DNA of 64,000 nt from NCBI GenBank assembly GCA_004431415.1, contig QPMI01000152.1, positions 62,001 to 126,000 of the forward strand, given 5' to 3'. Each line of letters begins with the position of its first letter. Position 1 is the stretch's first letter. Under the pieces are notes generated by a model. That model had not been told where the DNA came from and ran no database searches. It saw only the letters and a program-made list of their open reading frames with translations. The position numbers and the translations under genes are program-made. Shown in pieces: positions 47,497-59,087 of this stretch. This stretch comes from Cyanophora paradoxa CCMP329 (lineage: Eukaryota; Plantae; Glaucophyta).

Positions 47497-47903
47497 GCCC
47501 CGCGGGCCGCTGAGCTCCTTCCCCCCCGCCCTTGTAGCCGGCCTCGTGGCGGGCCTTGGGCTCTTGTCGTGGCGTCGCTGCCGTCTTGTCTGGGATGCAA
47601 CACGCATGGTGATGTAAATTCAATTGCTTTACTGAGTCACCCGCTCGATCGCGATACCCCTCCCGGAGTCCTGTACATGTGCCTCAGGCCTGCCGCCAGT
47701 GCCGGCCGCGGCCCAGCGCTAGCCTGGCAGCGGAGGCGGCGCGCGCGCGCGCGCGTGGCCGGGCACATATCATGCCCATCGATATCGACATGCACGTATA
47801 CGCACGCGTGTACGTTGGTCACCCGGCTGCTGGTCCCGGACTCCCGGCAACACGCCGGGGTACGGGAAGCCGACAGTTCGGGGGGGGTACTGACAGCGTC
47901 AGC

Positions 47904-50823
47904 ATGAAGCGCCCGCGCGCCCCGGAGCCGGCGGGGCCGCGGGAGAAGCGCATCCATTCGTTCTTTGAGCCGGGATATCGCTTCAGAACCGGTACCTCGG
48001 CTCCATCAGCGCAGGCGACCGCCTTGCAGGCGACCGCCGCGCGAGCGACCATGGCGAAGCTCACTCGCTCCCTACGCGAATGGTTGAATGTCGACGGGAG
48101 TGTGCTCGCGGATATCGCCGAGGTGCTCATGAAGATGCGCGTCACCGAGCTGCGCCAGCATCAGCGCGACCCCGTCAAGGCCCAGTTGGAAGGCAAGGAT
48201 GTGTTAATGATCACGGCGACCGGCAGCGGGAAATCCCTCGTACGTCTCCCGCCCAGCTAAAGTAGCACAAACGCAGCTAGCTAGCACAAACGCAGCTAGC
48301 TCCTGCGTAGTCCGCAGCTAGCGTGCCTGTGTTATCAATGCGCTAAAGTAACTGGCGCAGCCCGTCGCTGGCGCAGCCCGCCGTCGTCCGTGCCTGCTGA
48401 GTGGCGGGGCGGGCGCAGATCTTCCAGCTAGTTGCCCTCGCCTCGCCTGGCGTGACGATCGTTGTGTCGCCATACATTGCGCTCATGGTGCGCATGCGCA
48501 TGCGCTCCAGGCGAATGCTTTGAAGCTTCACAATTGCAATTGCAATTCACCTGAACTTCACCGGGGCGCGCCCGCTCGCAGGAGAATCAGGTCAACGGGC
48601 TGAAGGCCAAGGGCTTCCCGGTGGAGTTCTGGCACTCCGGCCTAAACGAGGATGACAAGAAAAGAGTGCGGCCTTTTCCTAAATCGCAATCGCGACGTAC
48701 CGGTCTGGATCAAATCTCACGCAGCGCCAGATCAACAACGACCTGAAGAGCGAGCGGCCGCAGACGAAGCTCCTGTACTGCGCGCCGGAGAAGATCTTCT
48801 ACACGTCGCCGAACGGCAGGCAGTTCTTCCTCGAGACGCTGAAGGGCCTGGCCGCGCGCGGCGCCCTCCCGCGCTTCGTCATCGACGAGGCGCACGAGAT
48901 CAAGAACGCCCTCGGTGCCCGCCCCGCGCGCCGCTGGGACCCCGAAGTCGACCCGGGAGGCCCGAGGCTGACGCCGGGCGGCGCCGCGACCGTCCGGCGG
49001 TCCGCAGACACGGGCTTCCGCGCGGAGGCCTTCGGGCAGCTGAGTCGGCTGCGGGCGGAGATGCCCTCCGCCGGCGTCGTGGCCCTCACCGCCACCGCCA
49101 CGAAGGAGTGAGCACGTACGCCTCACAGATGCACATGCCGGCTCCGACTCTAATCTTCGCGCGCAGGACGCAGGAGCGCCTGATCGAATTCCTCGGCCTG
49201 GGGGAGGGGAGGCCGCGCGAGGTCTTCCGCTTCACCTCCGACCGCCCCGAGGTGCCCGCCCTCGCGATCGTCGACACCCGTACCCGTGCGAGCGCGCCGG
49301 CAGCTCAAGTACAAAGTGGTGCACAAGGACCGCTGGTGCGAGTGCGAGCGGGACCCGCGCACCGGCGAGCTGCGCCACGAGCGCGACTGCGAAGGCGTGG
49401 TGCGCTTGCGCCGCCGTCCACGTACCCCCCCCTCAACCCCCCCCCCCACTCCCCCCACCCACACCCCAACCACCCCTCGGGCAGATCAAGGCGGCGGTGT
49501 TTGAGGACATCCTCGCGTTCTGCACGGGGCCCTACCGCGCCGAAGCCTCCGGCATCGTCTTCTGCACCAGGCGCGCCGCGCTGGTCGCCGGCTCCCCCGA
49601 CGCTCCCCGGCCCCTTACGCCCCCGCGGCAGGAAGGACACGTGCGAGGAGCTGGCGGCGCATCTTCGCCGCGGCGGGCTCGCCGCCGCCAGTGCGCTGTA
49701 CCCCCTGCCGCCTGATTCCCCCTGCAATTCCTCATTCCCTTACGCCCCCCGTCCCCTTCCCCACCGGCCGCGGGCAGCGTACCACGCCGACTTCTCGAAG
49801 GAGCAGCGCAGCCGGGTACAGCGCGACTGGGAGGGGAACAGGACCCGCGTCGTCGTCGCCACGACCGCTTTCGGCACGGGTGCGCGCGGCTCCGCCCGCT
49901 CCCTCCCCGCGGGCAGAATCCTCCCTCACCTCCGCCCGTGGATAGGCATCGACAAATCAGACGGTGCCAAGTCCAAGACGCCGGCTTCGAATTCGAGGCC
50001 CCTGCGGGCTTCGAATCCCGTGCGCCCTTGACCCCCCCCCCCGCAGTTCGCTTCGTGGTACAATACGATATCCCGAAGACGCTTGAGGGTCCGCCGCCCG
50101 CGTCCTCCGCCGCGGCCCCGAGCTCCCACTGAGTCGCGGCCGGCGCGCCCGCAGCTCTCCACCAGCAGAGCGGCCGCGCCGGTATCCCGCGCTGCCTTGC
50201 CCCCCTCCCCGTGCTGCGCCTCCTCCGGACTCCTGATCATGAGCCCCGCTTGCGCGCAGGCCGGGACAGGGAGAGGAGCGACTACCGCATCTACTTCGAC
50301 TGGAGGGACGTCGAGCGCATGGAGTTCTGCATCGACGTGCGCCGGCGGCCCCGCCCCGCCCCGCCCCGCCCATCCTCGCCCGCCCCTGACCCGGCCCGGC
50401 AGCCCAAGGACGCGACGGGAAACTCTGTGAGGAAGGATCGCGCTGTAGTGAACGCGGAGCTAGGGGAGCTCCAGAAGGTCGGCGTGCCCCCGCCGGCGGC
50501 CCGGCCCTGCCCGCCTCTCACCGCCGGGGCCCCGCAGGTCGCGGAGTTCTGCGCCACGGGCGGCTGCCGCCGCGCCCTCCTCCTCGCCCACTTCGGCGAC
50601 GACGCGCCGGCGTGCCACGGCGCCTGCTGCGACAACTGGGCGCCCAGCCCTTCCTCGCCCAGCGCGTCAAGCGGAGCGGATCCCGCCGAACGCTAGCAGC
50701 AGCTGGCTGGAGCCGCCGGGACGGCTGCTCGAGCTCGGCCCGGCCCTTCACATGCGGGCCGCCGTGGCCAGGCCCCGCGGCCCATATACTGTATACGTAG
50801 AGCCCAATCTAAAGCATGTATAA
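47904..50823 (+). CDS. RecQ-family DNA helicase (helicase core plus RQC zinc-binding region)
   Basis: LRQHQ, ATGSGKSL, VVSPYIALM, APEK, VIDEAH, ALTATA, GIVFCT, AYHAD, VATTAFGTGIDKSDVRFVV, QQSGRAGRD, CRRALLLAHFGD..CCDN. Confidence 0.93.
48263..48300 (+). repeat. 19-bp tandem duplication in a RecQ intron
   Basis: tagcacaaacgcagctagc twice, with further gcagctagc remnants nearby. Confidence 0.85.
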
Positions 50824-51270
50824 ACTGTAAAAGCAAATTGTACAATAGTCTCATGTAAAGAGTAACTAATTTAAATTATGATTCACAACTCGTTACATTG
50901 AGTCAATGCAGATGCGCTGGCCCTCTGCTGGGCAGCCTGGGCTCCGGTCCTTTTAGCAAAGGCGCGGACGTTGACGGCCTGCCAAGACGACGGGCCGCGC
51001 TGCTCTGGGCAGCCGCTGAGCCTCGATGGCGGCCGCATGGGCAGCACGGAGCGAGGGCGGGCCCAGCCGAGCTCGAGGGGGCGGGCCCGGGGGCCCGCGC
51101 ACGCGGCGGAGGCGAGGCGAGCCAGAGGCGGCCCAAGGGGCGGGGGGGCCGGCCTCTGAGGCGCCCTAGGCCTTTTGCGCGTTGCAGGGGGGTTCGCTGC
51201 CGCGGGGGCCGCGGGGGCCCGCCGGCGGGGCTCACACGAGGGCGGGGAGGAGGAGAGTGCGCCGGCCGCG

Positions 51271-52195
51271 CTAGTAGCTCCGGCCGGGGACGAGGCGGGC
51301 GAGGTCGGCGTGGGGCTTCAGGAACTCGGAGAAGGCCAGCACCTCGTCCGCCAGCTGCGCCTGGCCCTGGCCCTGGCCCTCCTTCCCCGCCCCGCCCCCC
51401 GCCGGGCCCGTCCCCGAGAGCACCACCTGCACCCCGCCCCGCCCGGCCCGCCCGCTCGCTCGGCCCCGGGCCCCCCCGGGGCGCGCGCGGGCCGCCCGCC
51501 GGCACCTGGTACGGCGTGCTCGGGTCGGGTTCCAGGGCCGCCTCCAGCGGCTTGCCGGGCTCCGACTGCGCCCGGCCGGCTCGCCTCGGCTCGGCTCCCG
51601 CGGGGGGCGGCCGGCGGGCGCGCACCCGCAGGTTCCGGAACACGGTCACGGTCATGCCCTTCATCGTCTTGAAGATGTGCCCGCTCCTGTGGTTCTCCTG
51701 CTGCAGCCTGCCCCACACGTCGCACGGCGGGCGAGCGCGGCGGCGGGCGGCTGGGCGCACTTGAAACCCATGAGCTGCAGGGCGGGCGCGACGCGCCCCG
51801 AGACCTTGACTTCGATCGACGCCCGCATTGTGATGGGCTTCTCGGTCGCCTGCGGGTTCCCCACGTACCGCAGCAGCCTGCGCGGCGAGGGTGAGGCCGG
51901 CGGAGGCGCGACGGTCGCGTTACCGCGCACGTTGTCTTCGCTCCCTTCGAGAGAGTCGTTCTAAGGATCGCCGTGCTCTCCCTGATCTCTGCGGCGGCAG
52001 GTCGGCCAGCGCAGCTAGCGCGGAGCGAGCCACACGCGAACCGAGCGCCTGGTTCGCCTCGTGCTTGAAGACCTGCTCTGTCCAGCGCGTCTCATCCGGC
52101 GCGGACGTCGACATGCCGCGCAGGATGTTCAGCAGCTCGGGAAGCTGTGGCGCCTGGCACGTCCCGGCGAGCAGGTACTCGAATATCGTGGTCAT
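51271..52195 (-). CDS. MED18: Mediator subunit 18
   Basis: FEYLLAG..LLNILRGM..EQVF, LLRYVGNP..MRASIEV, LQLMGFK..ENHRSGHIF, YQV.VV, LADEVLAFSEFLKPHADL follow the Med18/Srb5 motif order. Confidence 0.8.
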
Positions 52196-52496
52196 CGCGC
52201 GGCCGGGTCCACCGAGGACCGCGGAGCCGCCTCCCGAAGCGCGCGCGGAGCGAAAGAGCGGCGTTCTTTGCTCTCGCTAGGGGCGGTGGGGGGGCGAGGT
52301 GGGTGGGGGTAGGCGCATCTGTGGCTTCTACTCTCAAAGAGCCGAGCTCGCCAAACACGAACGTCAGCGGGCTGGCTTATGCAGCTGTGTGTTAGCCGGA
52401 GCCTCAGTAGCTATCGGAAAGCATCGAAGCCGCACTCCTCTCCCTGCGTCACAGACACAATCGATCCCCACGCCTTTCACTGCCGACCCCCACGCC

Positions 52497-53879
52497 ATGA
52501 GGGCTCAAGGTGCGCGTTTGATGCGCGCATCGTATTGGATCGTGAGGCACGCCCCCGACGACGCCGGGCGTCAGATGTGGTCGTAACAGAAAGCTGTGGA
52601 GAGACGAGCTTTGTAAAGCCGACGTTGGAGATTGAGGATGAGTTCTGCTTAATTACCAATGCAAAGCACATCTCCTCCCAGATGCAGCGGCCTCCCAGCG
52701 GTGCCTCTTTTTCCCGCCCTCCTTCCAGGAGCTTCGCCACACCGTGGCCTAAGGCACCGGAATTCTCGTTTTCCAGCCCTTTAGCTACTTATTCCGGATC
52801 CCTTCAGCATTTCCCCGCGTCCCTGGCGGTTGCGCAATCTGCGTTGCTGATGCGCGCGTCTCGCAGTGTTAGCACTCTGGCTCTCGGAAGTGTGCAACGT
52901 CCGCTGTAGATTTGATGGAGTACGAGGAGTTCTTCGCTTAGCAGGACAGTTCATCTCGAATGAGGTCGATGTGCGTCCTGCGCATCTGCGCGTCTTTTGA
53001 ATGATCGGCCGGTCAACTGACCGTGAGCGCGCACTGCGGCGCAGAACGCACTGCGGGAGTTCCTCTACTTTTGTGTGATCTGTCCTTGCTGCAGGGGATC
53101 TTCAACCAAGCTCTCGAGCGAGCAGAGCGCTGTGGTTCTTTGCTGTGCCGACTGCGGGTCGGCTAGCCCGGTCGGTCAACAAAAGAGCGGCGATGCTCGT
53201 TTATCCCCGCTTCACACCCGGATCGCCCGTTTTGCAACCCACCTCAAGCTGGCGTCCCTCAGCGTGGTCAGCGTTCCGTTAACACTCGATGCACTGCCTG
53301 CGCCCGATCCAGCTGACACGGTCTCTGCGTAGGACATCGCAGGGAATGAGAGCAGCTCTGGATCCAGCGTAGCGGACAGCTCCTGCTGCGCGCCCAGCAC
53401 CACCATGTCTCGAGCCTCGTCCTGTTCCTCCCTCGGGATGACGCCAACAAAGAGCGCCCTGCGCGCGGGCTCGCCGGCCTTGGGCTCGTTCAAGCGAGTT
53501 ACATGGCACGACAAGTACGATCGGTGTCGGGACCCCGCGCCGCTAATCCCGCCTCCCGACGCCGGCTCCGTGTGTGGACTGTGAGCGCTTCTTTTGCTTC
53601 GTTTTCTTTTCCGCGGTGAGATCTGATTATCTTGCGCGCAGGCTGGACCCCACGGAGGTGCAGCGGGACCTGTGCATGAAGGCGGACCTCCAGGAGCGGC
53701 TGAAGTGCACTCTGGTGCACCGCGAGGAGAGCGAGGGCGAGGAGGGCGCGCCCGACGAGGACGAGGACGAGGAGGACGACGGCGAGGAGTGGTCGATGCC
53801 CACCGACCCGGAGTCGGTCGCGCGGAGGCAGGCCGAGGCCGCGGCCGCCGCCGGCGCGGCCGCCTCGCTCGTCCTGTGA
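52497..53879 (+). CDS. Hypothetical multi-exon protein with a KRVTW motif and acidic tail
   Basis: Exon-like blocks with splice signals: ..SALRAGSPALGSFKRVTWHD.., LDPTEVQRDLC..EEDDGEEW..VL*. Confidence 0.45.
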
Positions 53880-54189
53880 GCGCCTAGCTAGGCCGCCCCC
53901 GGCGCTCGCCCCGTTGTACAGCTCGGACGCCCGTCGGCATTTCTTTCAGACACTCTCCCCAGTAGTTCAGTAAGTTCCAGTTTCAGTCAGACAGAGGACG
54001 GTTTAGGCAGGCAGGCAGCACGGACGGTTTTAACAGAGCAGACCCGCAACGCTTCTTTTGTACCGATCGCGACGCGCTTGTGTGGTCCGTATACATAGTG
54101 TGTGAGGGCTACCGTTTGGTTTGTGATCGTGTTTGTGAACACAGTTCTGTATGCACAGAGCTGCGCGCGGGGTGGCGAGCGATGGGGCC

Positions 54190-57100
54190 CTACGTCTTGA
54201 CGGAGCCGTCGAGGATCTCGAGGCACATGAGGCGGCGCAGGTAGGGCATGTTGCGCTGCCGGGGGCGGGGTCCTGTTAGGGGCACGGTGCGACCGGGGCA
54301 AGGCCGGGCGCGCCTGGGAGAAGTCGAAGGAGGGCGACTCGCGCGTGACGCACTCGGCGAAGCGGCACGCGAAGACGCCGCAGTCGCACCTGCACCGCGC
54401 GCCGCCCGTCAGCGGACCCCGGGGGAACCGAGGAGGGGGGCGGGCGGGTGGGCGGCGGCGCGCCCGTTGCCCTGGCGAGGGAGGTCCTTGGGGGCGTAGA
54501 CGGCCCAGGCGTCCACCTCGTCCGCGGGGCGCCCGCGCTTGTGCTCCGACTCGTCCTTGAGCCAGCGCCGCAGCGCCGCCACGCACTCCGCGTTATCCCC
54601 CAGCAGCGAGTCGTAGTACTGGGGCCGCCTTCAGGAGGCGGGGGGAGGGGAGCGAGGGGGGTACGGGCGGCGCACCTCGAAGCGGCGGTCGCGGAGGTTG
54701 ACGACGGCGAGGGCCCAGTGGACGGAGATGTGGACGGGTACGAGGACCTTGTCCAGCGCGAAGACGTCCACGTGCCGCGTCCACCGCTGCACCTCCCCGT
54801 ACCGGTACCCCCCCTCCGTCAGCTGCCCCCCGGCGTCAGCTGCGAGGGAAGAGGCCGGGGTACGGGGCTCGCGCCTTGGAGTAGAAGAAGGAGTTGAAGC
54901 AGTGGACGCGGGGCCGGGCGGGGCCGGGGCCGGGGCCGGGGGCGGGCGCGGGGGCGGCGGGGCGGCGGGCGCGCTCGAGGAGGAGCTCGAGGTAGACGTT
55001 GACCGCCTCGTCGTTGAGCCAGCCCGCCGGCGCCAGCGTCCGCAGGTCCGCCCGCTTCAGCTGCCCCCGCCGCCCCGCCCGTCAGGCGCGGCCGGGGCGG
55101 CGCGGGGCGCAGGCCGGCACGGACCTTGTACGAGCCGTGGGGCACCAGCACCTGGCGCGCGGGGCCGGGGTGAGGGGCGGCGGGGCGGGGCGGGGCGGGG
55201 GTGCGGGCGCAGGGACCTCGCTAGGGTCGAGGGAGGCGTCGGAGCAGAGGGCGGCGTCGATGCGCGCCGCGTCCCCCGCCGAGATCGAGGGGTACACGGC
55301 AGGCGGGGCCCCCTGGGAGAGAATGACGCAGGAGGAGGAGGAGGACGAAGGGGAGTAGGAGGGGCCGGAGAGGGGCTGCGAGGCCTGCGAGCCCGGCGGG
55401 GTCTCCCCCGACAGCTCCCACGGCGCCTCCGGCGGCTGCGCGGCGCCTCGGCAAGGGCGGGGCGGGGCGGGGCGGGGAGGGGGCGCGGACGACGTAGTCG
55501 TTGGGGTGGAGGGCCCCGATCTCCTCCTCCCGCCCCTGCTCCTCCTGCGCCTCCCGCCGCTCCGCCGCCCCGCGCTCCTCCTCCTCGCGCTGCTTTGCGA
55601 GGGGCGCGACGGCGGCGGGGCGCGCCGCCTCGGCGGCGGCGGCGGCGACGAGCTCGGCGGAGGGGGAGGCGGCGGGGACGCCGGGGAGGGCCTCCCCGGG
55701 CCGCAGCGGCGCTTCCTCGCCCTCCGAGAAGGGCCCTTCGTCGCCCACGACGACCTGCACGCCGCCGTCGCCCTCGGCGTCGCCCTCGGCGTCGCTCTCG
55801 CCGGCCTCGAGCACGACCTCGAGCTGGGGCGAGCCCGGCGACGAGGGCGCCGACCCGCTCGCCACCGTCGCCGCCGCCGACTCCGGTGGGGGTCCCGCCC
55901 CCGGCACCGGCGTCCCCGGCCCCGAGCGCGGCGGCGGCGGCGGCGCGCCCCAGCGCCCCGCCTCCGCCTCCGCCGCCTCGGCCGCCGCGGCGGCGGCCGG
56001 CGTGGCCGGGGCGGGGAGGCGGCCGGCGGGGCGGCCCAAGGGCTGTCGGTGCGGAGGGGCGTGGCGGGGAGGTCCAGTGGAAGCCCCGCTGCCGCCGCGT
56101 CGGGCTCGCCCGCCGCCTCCGCCGCCTCCGCTGCCGCCGCCGCCTGCGGCCCCTCCTCCTCCTCGCCGGTGATGGAGGCGGGCAGGGAGATGGCGTCCGC
56201 ATCGGCATCGGCGTCGGGGGCGAGGGGCAGCGGGGGCGCCCCGGGGGCGGGGGCCTCCCCACCCTCCGCGAAGAACGCCTCCACCGCCTCCCCCGCCGAG
56301 AGGGACCCCGCCAGCCCCTCTGCAGCCTCCGCCGCCCCCACAGGCCCAGCCGCCCCTGGTCCCTGCCCTTCCTCCTCCTCCTCCGCTTCGATGTCCGCGA
56401 ACAGCTCCGCGTCCTGCGCCCCCGTCGCCCCCTCTCTCTTTGGGGCGGCGCGGCGGTGCGCACCGTCATCGCCACGTCGCCCTCGCCCCGGTCCTCGTAC
56501 CCCTCGTCCTCCTCCTCCGCCTCCTCCGCCTCCTCCTCTTCTTCTTCCTCCTCCTCCTCCTCGCCTTCCTTGGCGGGAGCCGGGGCGGGGGCGGCGGCCT
56601 CCTCGTCGTCGTCCGAGTCGAGCGTCACGACCTCGGGCGGCTGCGGGCTCCCTCAGCCCCGCCCCGCCGCCCCGCCCCGCCCCCGGCCCCGCCGCGCGAG
56701 CGCACCCCGACGGGCGCGGCGGCGGCCGACCCCTCGCGGCCGGCACCGCCGGAGCCTCCTCCTCTTCCTCCTCCCCTTCCTCCTCCTCCTCCTCGTAGTC
56801 CAACGCCTCCTCCTCCTCCTCCTCCGCCTCCTCGTCGTTGCCGGCGCTGGCGGCGGCGGCCGCTTCTGCCCCTTGCTGAAGTCGAACGCCGGCGCCGCCG
56901 CCTGCGCGAGGGGCTCGCGCGGCGGCCAGCGCCACGCGGCGGGCGGGCGGGCGCACGGCCGTTTTCGAGCCTGCCTCGTGCTCCTCCTCCTCCTCCTCCT
57001 CTTCCTCCTCCGCCCCCTCCTCCGCCTCCTCCCCGTCCTCATCGAAGGCGGTGACCTCCTCGGCCTCGGCGACCTCCTCGGCCTCGGCCGCCACCTCGCG

Positions 57101-58620
57101 CCGCCTGCGCCGCATCGCAGCGAAGAGGTCCTCCTCCTCCTCCTCCGCCCGCTGCCGCCGCTTCTTGCCCGCCGGCGACCCCGCCGGGGCGGCACGCTCG
57201 GCAGGAACATCGGCATCGGCGGCAGCCGCGCCGCCGGCGCCGGCTCCTCCACCGGCGGCGGCCGCGCCACCGGCGCCTCCATCGGCGCCGGCGGCTCGGG
57301 CGGGCGGCTGGCGGGGGCGGGCTCCTGGGAAGGGCCGCCCTGCGAGTTGAAGGACAGGCGGCGGGGCCCCGCGCCGACCTCGGCGCCGGGCTGCCCCACG
57401 GGGCTGCCCCCGGCGGCCATCCCCGCGCTGTAGGCCGACGAGAGGCGCCTCAGCAAGCCCAGGCTCTCCTCCGGTGTCCTGCGCGCCGGCCGGTCGGCCC
57501 CTCGGCGCCCGCAGACGAAACCTCCCCGCGGGGCGCGCGCACCTGGCCGGCCCCGAGGCGCTGCCCCCGGGCGACTCGGAGTGTTGCTCCTCCGCGGAGG
57601 CGAGGAGGCCCCGCCTCAGGAGCGCCGTCTCCTGCACGGGTCCCTGCCACGCCGCGTCGGCGGCAGGCTTCGGCGGCGGCGGCGGCGGCGGGGCGCGCGG
57701 ACCCTGATCTCGAGGTCCACCACGGCCAGAGGGCCCGCCTCCTCCGCGGCCTCGTCCCCCTCAGAGGCCACGCCCTCCGCCGCAGGCAGCGCCACCGCCT
57801 CCGCCGCCTCCGCCGCCGCGCCTGGCAGGGGCCGGCGTGGGTGCGCGGGGAGAGAGTGCGCGGGGCGGGGGGCGCTCGGGGGCGCACGCAGAGCGCGCTG
57901 CGAGGCGAAGAGGTCGCCGAAGCGGGCGGCGGGGGCGGGGGCGGCCTCGCGGTGCGGCTGGCCGCGGGCGGGGACGCGCTCGAGCATCGGCTGCCTCAGG
58001 TACGCCTCCTCGTGTTGCTTCAGCGAGATTTGAGCGAGGGAGGCCTGCACCCGGTCCGTCCCTGGAGACTTGAACTTGCGCACCTGCGCCAGGCCGGAGC
58101 CGTCACGGGCCGCGCCGTGCGCGTGCGCGGCGAGGGGGCGGGGGCGTACGATGTGCTGTATGATGCTCGTGGGGGCCGAGGGCGGCTCCTCGGGGAGGAA
58201 GGGCTCCGGCGCGCGCGGCGGGTTCAGGGCGAGCGGCAGGGAGAGCCGGGCCACGAGCGGGATGAAGGGCTTGTCGGGGTAGAGGCCGAGGCCGCCGCTT
58301 CGCTCGGCCGCGGGGCCGCCCGCGGAGTCCCGACGCAGCGGCACGTCGCGCTGGGTCGGGCGCCGCGCGAATGCCGATGCCGCCGGGCTCGGAAATTCGC
58401 TGCCTTCGCTTCCTGACGCTTCGCGTGATCCCGCGCTTTGCCTGGAAGGCCGCTGCAGCTGGGACATGGGCTCCCGCTCGCGCTCGGCGCTCAGGTAGCT
58501 GGGCGAGTACCAGACTGTGCCCACCGGCCCGTGCACGAAGCCGCGATCATCTCTCGGAACTGCGAACGCGATATTAGGCGAGATACGCGCACGATATGCG
58601 CTGCGGGCTGCGACGGACAT
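54190..58620 (-). CDS. Ulp1/SENP SUMO protease (peptidase C48) with long disordered N-terminus (start uncertain)
   Basis: DLRTLAPAGWLNDEAVNVY, FNSFFYSK, VQRWTR.VDVF, VPVHISVHWALAVV, YYDSL, PRQGNG.DCGVF, MPYLRRLMCLEIL; the His/Asp/Cys triad is intact. Confidence 0.93.
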
Positions 58621-59087
58621 CGAGTGGGTCTCGCGTACGGGTCGTAGCGCTGAGCGGCCTGCCCGGTGCGCGAGGGGCCCGGTTGGCGACCAGCAGGCAT
58701 TGTGTGTGAGTCTTGGTGCTCCGCGGCGAAGCTCGGGGCTGCGAAGGGTGTGCGACCGGCCTGGATCTGCAGCGAGCGACGCGCTGTTGAGACGACGCGC
58801 AATCGCTCCCTAGCTACCCTACGCACATTCGACAGGAAGCTCCGCTGAGTTGGACGAGCAGGTGGCCTGCGTTCGCGGTCAAATGCGCACGAGTGCGCAG
58901 CGCGGCTCATCTATCACCTCGGATCTGGATCTTGCGAGCCGAGATTGAACTGGCCGCCCCTCCCGGGGCCCACGGTGCCGAACATCGGCGCGAAGTCTCG
59001 AGTTTGCGTACCCCGGCAGCGAGCTCAATTGCTGCTCAAAGCTGCTCAAATTGCTCTCAATACCGCGAATCCAGCTTTCCCGCGTCG

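Noticed and set aside
47650-47890. MITE with cccggagtcc/ggactcccgg termini
   Set aside because: The inverted match is short and imperfect and there is no convincing TSD.
50820-50860. TGTAA as a green-algal-type poly(A) signal
   Set aside because: It is present after a few genes only, which is too few to support without 3'-end data.
851-57637. Very long Arg/Pro/Gly/Ala-rich ORFs (e.g. 3421-6276, 45025-47496, 54698-57433)
   Set aside because: They are shadow frames produced by extreme GC content; conserved domains switch frame at splice signals.
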